64,000 nucleotides of DNA from Eledone cirrhosa. Lineage: Eukaryota. Numbering within the stretch: position 1 is the first letter of the stretch; the number at the start of each line of letters is the position of its first letter. The stretch is taken from positions 305,288,001 to 305,352,000 of the forward strand of contig OZ024740.1 of NCBI GenBank assembly GCA_964016885.1, given 5' to 3'. Shown here piece after piece: positions 1-64,000 of the stretch. The notes below the pieces were generated by a model, which was given only the letters and a program-made list of their open reading frames with translations, was not told where the DNA came from and searched no databases. The position numbers were made by a program, and so were the translations under genes.

Positions 1-802
1 GAAATGGAAAAAAAAACGTTTTGTAAAAAGAACTATACTTGTGCACGTGCGTAAGCATGTGTTTGTGTGTGTGTGTGTTATACGAAGCTGGGCACACAAG
101 AAGATGAACATGTTTTGCCTGCAGCATATCACATAAACGTAAATTTATCTGATGACATCACACCTGTACCAGCAACCGATGCAACTACTGCACCTTGACT
201 GCATACGGGATGCCATAGAAATAATTATAATTTACATTACATATTATTACAATACAGAGTTCATGAAGGAGAGTAATTTTGTTAATGTACATGTATTTAG
301 ATGTAGAGGAATTTGTCAGCAAGATGTATTACAGAAAGACACCATGAATGTGAATGTAGATATGCAGATTTACTAACCTGGTGGCATGGCTTGGTTGTAG
401 CAGTGCCAGCTATTATGGCTGTCCACTACAGCCAGAGTCCATTGTCAAATGTCTGAAAGAGGAGAGAACTTGGGCTGAGTGTGTTGGTTTATATGCACCT
501 AGATATTGTCATAGCTATTTTTGAACCACAGCAAATTTAAACCAGGGATAATTTCATTACATACTGAATGACATACATAAGAGATTGTAAATTAATTGAA
601 ATTTATCTCCTAATTGGAGAAAGAAAACAAAAACAAGAAGTAATTGTTAATGACTCTAAAATTAAAAAGAAGGTAATTTCATGAAATTAAGAATTAAGAA
701 AAAATATTAATTTTGTTGATCTGTATTTGTGTTACATGTCCATTTGAAATAGTAATAAGTTTTAAGACTTCACATTATTTCAATATTATAGACAATGTCA
801 TC

Positions 803-990
803 AGTATGTAGGGTGTTGGACACCATGCATTGCGGCATAGAGTTACGGTCTGAGTTCAAATCCCACCGAGATTAACTTTGCATCCTTACGGAGTCAATAA
901 AATAAAGCACCAGTAACATACTGGGATTGATTTAATCGACTTTCCCCTCCCCCCAAACTACTGGCCTTGTACCTATACTAGAAATTAGTA
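803..990 (+). mobile_element. tRNA-derived SINE (Nin/Deu-like central domain), 5' degenerate
   Basis: B box GAGTTCAAATCC followed by CATCCTTACGGAGTCAATAAAATAAAGCACCAG; similar to the copy at 25031. Confidence 0.75.
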
Positions 991-1291
991 TTATATGCTG
1001 ACTCTTACCCCTACAAAATAATCTTCCCTAATTAATAAGCACTTTCCTCCAGTATTCTGCAACTTCCAGCAGCAAAATTGGACATTTTCACTTTTATGCA
1101 ATTATGTTTTGATATGATATATTATTGTAAATGGTTGAAATGTCACCCAATTTTCTTTTTACTTTAACCTTCATTCAGATTTTAAGAGAAAAGGAAATAC
1201 TACATTCTGTCAATTGGTATGGATACAAAAGTTTGATATCACATGAAGTTTTCTTTCAAAAATAACTGAAAACAGTCAGAAATGTTATAAT

Positions 1292-1450
1292 TGTTTCTAC
1301 TTTTTGGCACAAGGCCAGCAAATACCCAGTACATTACTGGTACTTTATTTTATCAACCCCGTAAGTTAACCTCGGCAGGATTTGAACTCAGTCCATAAAG
1401 GGAGCATGGCGTCCGACCCTCTACCGATACTGCCAATCCACCGCCCTCCG
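1292..1450 (-). mobile_element. tRNA-derived SINE (same family) with 14-bp target-site duplication
   Basis: A box TGGCAGTATCGG and B box on minus strand; AGAAATGTTATAAT flanks both ends (1278-1291, 1451-1464). Confidence 0.85.
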
Positions 1451-1888
1451 AGAAATGTTATAATGAAACAGGGACATATGATTATTTTCACACACTTTGT
1501 AGCAGTTTACTCTAGCTTTCTGTTGATAGCAAAGATTTCTTTGTTTTAAAAAATTGATTAATTCTCTGGTCATATGGTATAAATTCCTGATAAGCAATAT
1601 ACAGGTCATAAAAACAAACAGAATTACTATTGTTTTTACATTTGATGAAGATTGTTATAATTTTTTTTTTTTTAGGTGGGGTATGGTTGTGGTTTCTACT
1701 TAAACAATTGTTGCTTTATTTCAGGGTTATGTGTTATAACCAGTAGTGAAACTGGTAAAATTCAAATCTATTCATAAACCTCTTTTCAGATCCTCACACT
1801 TTGATGAGGAATTTTGTTGTCATTCACCATTCTAGGAAAAGAAATTTGCCTATCTTCTGTCAAAATTATCTGACATGATCGATCCAAT

Positions 1889-2870
1889 AGAAAATGTCCA
1901 GTGTATCTCTGACATCACAGACATACCATCTCCAGTCAAAATAGTCTGACACAGTAAACAGAAAATGTCTAGTCATTAACCACACACTTCAGTGTCTGAC
2001 ATCAGACATACCATCTCTAGTCAAAATACACAGTAAACAGAAAATGTCTAGTCATTAACCACACACTTCAGTGTCTGACATCACAGACATACCATCTCTA
2101 GTCAAAATACACAGTAAACAGAAAATGTCTAGTCATTAACCACACACTTCAGTGTCTGACATCACAGACATACCATCTCTAGTCAAAATACACAGTGGAC
2201 AGAAAATGTCTAGTCATTAACCACACACTTCAGTGTCTGACATCACAGACATACCATCTCTAGTCAAAATACACAGTGGACAGAAAATGTCTAGTCATTA
2301 ACCACACACTTCAGTGTCTGACATCACAGACATACCATCTCTAGTCAAAATACACAGTGAACAGAAAATGTCTAGTCATTAACCACACACTTCAGTGTCT
2401 AACATCACAGACATACCATCTCTAGTCAAAATACACAGTGGACAGAAAATGTCTAGTCATTAACCACACACTTCAGTGTCTGACATCACAGACATACCAT
2501 CTCTAGTCAAAATACACAAAGGACAGAAAATGTCTAGTCATTAACCACACACTTCAGTGTCTGACATCACAGACATACCATCTCTAGTCAAAATACACAG
2601 TGGACAGAAAATGTCTAGTCATTAACCACACACTTCAGTGTCTGACATCACAGGCATACCATCTCTAGTCAAAATACACAGAGGACAGAAAATGTCTCGT
2701 CATTAACCACACACTTCAGTGTCTGACATCACAGACATACCATCTCTAGTCAAAATACACAGTGGACAGAAAATGTCTAGTCATTAACCACACACTTCAG
2801 TGTCTGATATCACAGGCATACCATCTCTAGTCAAAATACACAGTGGACAGAAAATGTCTAGTCATTAACC
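1889..2870. repeat. 81-bp minisatellite, about 12 copies
   Basis: Unit CAGTGTCTGACATCACAGACATACCATCTCTAGTCAAAATACACAGTGGACAGAAAATGTCTAGTCATTAACCACACACTT recurs every 81 nt (2231, 2312, 2393...). Confidence 0.97.
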
Positions 2871-2919
2871 CTTTAGCATTTAAACCGGTTGTATCCAGCC
2901 AGAAATCCCTCACCTCTTT

Positions 2920-3540
2920 CTGAAGGAATTTGGGAAGAGCCGTACACTATCACTCGCGAGTTTTGACAGTTTACAACTTCGTCTTACACAAACTTCTTTT
3001 CATCCACAAAGATGAGGACATCTCTGCCACAATGTTTCAGATGACTAAGAAGTTTGGAACTTCTTTCAGCTCGAATGGCTTTGGAGCGGATAGTTAGGAT
3101 GTTACAGTGTCTCCTCACGTGCGATTTCATATGGAGGTCTTGTCTCACAGCCCTAGAAACGATCATTTTCCTCGATCTTGACGGGTTCGACTCAATCAAT
3201 CTTTTAAGTCCTTCTAAGAAGTGAGGTGTGCGTTTTCAGCCATGGCGAGGACTGTGAGGCTTTCTCTGAACATCCCAACTTTTCTTAAAACAGTAGATTT
3301 AGCATGCTCTGTGGCTCTAACACACTCCTCAGCACTTTTGCGGGCGCGGAATAATTCGGCATTACGTTTCTACGGTTTAATTCTTTATTAACATTCATAA
3401 TTTGTTCAGTCTAAAATTACAAAAATAGTACAAGTGGTTATACAAGATGGTAATATTTAAAATTTAGACTCCAACAAAATCCATACAATTATAAATATAC
3501 CCATTTGAAACTTGTCCCAGTTTTCCTGTTACACTCTATA
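2920..3540 (-). mobile_element. Tc1/mariner-superfamily transposon 5' fragment (decayed transposase)
   Basis: Minus ORF 2984-3199 reads ...VSRAVRQDLHMKSH...RAERSSKLL...LIFVDEKKF (first Asp of the DDD/E triad); TIR-like end next to TA at about 3515-3540. Confidence 0.8.
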
Positions 3541-3657
3541 AACGATTTATGTAATATCAGCATCTTTTTAAATTTTATTCTTATATTATATATATAATGT
3601 TATGTATTTCCGTAGAAAAGGTAAAGAAAAAAGAGTGCTCTATGTATAGTACATAGC

Positions 3658-3812
3658 TATTTAATTATATAATAAACAACACAATATAGTTATTCCATTA
3701 CGCAAGGTTTCACGAAATTAGTCGATTCTAACAGAAATGTCTAGTTCATTCATCAAATGATATTTTATCTGATGAACGAACTCTATTGTGTTGTTTATTA
3801 TTTAATTAAATA
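3658..3812. mobile_element. Small head-to-head inverted pLTR-like remnant with a degenerate hammerhead
   Basis: Outer arms TATTTAATTATATAATAAACAACACAAT / ATTGTGTTGTTTATTATTTAATTAAATA; inner hairpin around 3742-3783; minus strand reads TTGATGA-stem-GAAAC-CTTGC-GTA; plus strand has CTGATGA with an internal deletion. Confidence 0.6.
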
Positions 3813-4338
3813 TTATATATACACATACACACAAAGAAATAAGCACTTTACACAATAATTTCATTATTATTATTATTATTATAAGTGTCTCTCTCTGATT
3901 CACTCAGACACCACTCACACCCCTCCTCTCTCTCTCTCTCTCTCTGATTCACTCACATCCATTCACTCTCTCTTTCTTTCAAGTATGTTCGCACATAAGA
4001 GTTTATGTAAATATCTTGATTCTGAACGGAATATTGTAAAACAATAATAGAAGAGAGGGACAGAGGGAAAAAGATAGATTAGTCACGAGAGTTTCAATCA
4101 CAGAAATGCTATGGGCCACCTCACGCTCCTGTTACCAACCACATCTAAACAACTATAACGATAAGACGAACCTAATAATCAACATCTTTATAACAACATA
4201 CGAATATAACACCTTATAGAAATAACAGCGACATTTTATTAATAATAATCATCGTCATTAACATTATCATCTAAATCTGCGCCTTCTCTTCAAAAGTAGT
4301 TATTTATTCAGTGAAACTCATCATCTCGGTCGTCGAAA

Positions 4339-62289
<57,951 letters not shown>

Positions 62290-62322
62290 GTAGGATATTT
62301 TAAGATAAATTTAATCTATGTA

Positions 62323-62655
62323 CTCTCATGTCCCAAATAATAGGTGGTGAGGTTGGAAAATTGATAATTTTAAAAAAAACAGAATTAGTCATTTAGTTTG
62401 CATGCTGAGACCCCCATCCATCCTATTTATTTTAGAACATATGAGATTCCTAGTAATGTCCTTTTTTGTCATGCATGATGTTTTTTAATGTCTAAAGAAA
62501 ATTAATTATTGCAGGAATGCTACCACTTAAAATAAAATTTCGCTGACAGATTAGCAAAATGTAATAAGCGGGAGTAAGAACAAGGAGGGGAATCTGAAAA
62601 ATTATTAAGTGGAGGGGTTGGGGGGGGGGGGGGGGCATTATTTGAGACCTGAGAG
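62323..62655. mobile_element. TA-flanked MITE (41516 family)
   Basis: TA-CTCTCATGTCCCAAATAAT ... ATTATTTGAGACCTGAGAG-TA. Confidence 0.85.
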
Positions 62656-63237
62656 TATGTATGAATGTAAAATAAATTTAATGTAGGTATAACTAAAGGT
62701 CTTGAATTAGAAGTTTTACTGTGAAAAGAAGGAAATGTCAGCACACTTTCCACTATTGCCTCTCGGTACAGAAAAAAATAATCTTTGTGTTTCTGAGATT
62801 ATTGTTTCCTCAACAAATGATAATTATTCCTCCAGAGGAATCTTTATAGCATTGAATTAGAAATGGTGCGGTGAAAAGAAAGAAGTGTAAACACTTATCA
62901 CTATTCCCTCTTTGTGTTTCAAAGATTGTCTCCTCATCAGAAGATAACTACCCTATCTTTCTGCCTTATCTTAAATCTTCTAATATATGCTCTTTACTGC
63001 ATAAATATTTATTATTCAATTCATTTCAATGCAGATATGAAGGTTCAAGATGCTTATTTATCACTAGATGTTCTTATTGTTGTTTAATACAAGATCAAAA
63101 ACCTGAGCCACTCAAATCAATATATTTCCTTATTTCATATTTTACATTTGCTGATGTACATGTTTTATAAACATTTCTAATGAAACTTCAGTGCTGCCTA
63201 TCAATAGACTTTTAGTCTTAGCTTTGAATCTTGAACT

Positions 63238-63628
63238 GGTTCTCTAGATCTACAGACGCCAGTGTATTGAGCACTCTGGGCTAGCTCTATATCCTGTACC
63301 TCCGGTTCTCTAGATATACAGACACCAGGCTATAGATCACTCTGGGCTAGCTCTATATTCTATACCGCTGATTCTCTAGATCTACAGATACCTGGGTATT
63401 TAGCACTCTGGGCTAGCTCTATATCCTCTGCCTCTCTTGATCTACAGGCATCAGTATATTGAGCATTCTGGGCTAGCTTCTATTTCCTGTGCCTCTGGTT
63501 CTCTAGATGTATAGATTCCTGGGTACTGAGCACTCTGGGCTAGCTCTATATTCTGTCTCAGGTTCTCTAACTCTACAGAAATTTGCATATTGAGTACTCT
63601 GGGCTAGCTCTATATTCTGTGCCTTCTC
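63238..63628. repeat. Diverged 66-bp tandem repeat, about 6 copies
   Basis: Core GAGCACTCTGGGCTAGCTCTATAT; units start at 63238, 63304, 63370... Confidence 0.9.
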
Positions 63629-64000
63629 TTCAGTTATGTGACCCATTATCCCAAATGAATAATTTCAACTTTCAGTTTGGTAAGCTGATGAACCTAAGTT
63701 TTGACACTTCTTTGACCACTCTAAGAAAATTACTAAGCCTGTATTTCCCACTACACAATCCACACCCACCATGCCAAATCATGTGACACCCTATGAACTT
63801 CTCCACCTCTTTAGGTATTTACATGCCAAAAATATGTAGTGATTTATTTATTGATCCCCATCATTTATTATATGTTTCATTTAATTATATCACTTTGTAT
63901 AAAATTGATTCTTTAAGATTCAGTAATACAGCTCTCTGAAATTGGTACCCTAGTTTGCCTTATGGTAGCACTGGCTCTGCGTGGAGCATCCTGTGTAGAC

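Noticed and set aside
1889-2870. Regular repeats resembling a CRISPR array (also 16861-17241 and 55600-55825)
   Set aside because: No unique spacers, no cas genes, eukaryotic context
63918-64000. Open hydrophobic frame after tttaAG as exon 10 of the transporter
   Set aside because: DSVIQLSEIGTLV... does not match the expected G.L.G..NT..T..G continuation; cannot be tested at the window edge

Overview
AT-rich, repeat-dense animal genomic DNA, most consistent with a coleoid cephalopod (octopus-like); this is inferred from the tRNA-SINE, RTE LINE and microsatellite content. One protein-coding gene can be rebuilt by hand on the + strand: a sialin/SLC17-family MFS anion transporter. It has nine phase-consistent GT-AG exons (4339-62289, 441 codons; the C-terminal exons lie beyond the window), a 35.9-kb first intron and a 3.75-kb 24-bp minisatellite filling intron 8. 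The protein keeps sialin hallmarks but has lost the E171/E175/H183-equivalent protonatable residues and has a modified dileucine motif. Intron 1 holds many decayed elements: two Penelope-like retroelements, several RTE LINEs, an R4/Dong-like RLE element, a Ty3/gypsy remnant, MITEs and SINEs. The most striking unexplained structure is a cluster of head-to-head fold-back (palindromic) Penelope/pLTR-derived units at (TA)n tracts. Several carry minimal hammerhead ribozymes on both strands, including a 3.3-kb inverted Penelope and a small ORF-less twin-ribozyme palindrome. All long ORFs in simple repeats are artefacts.
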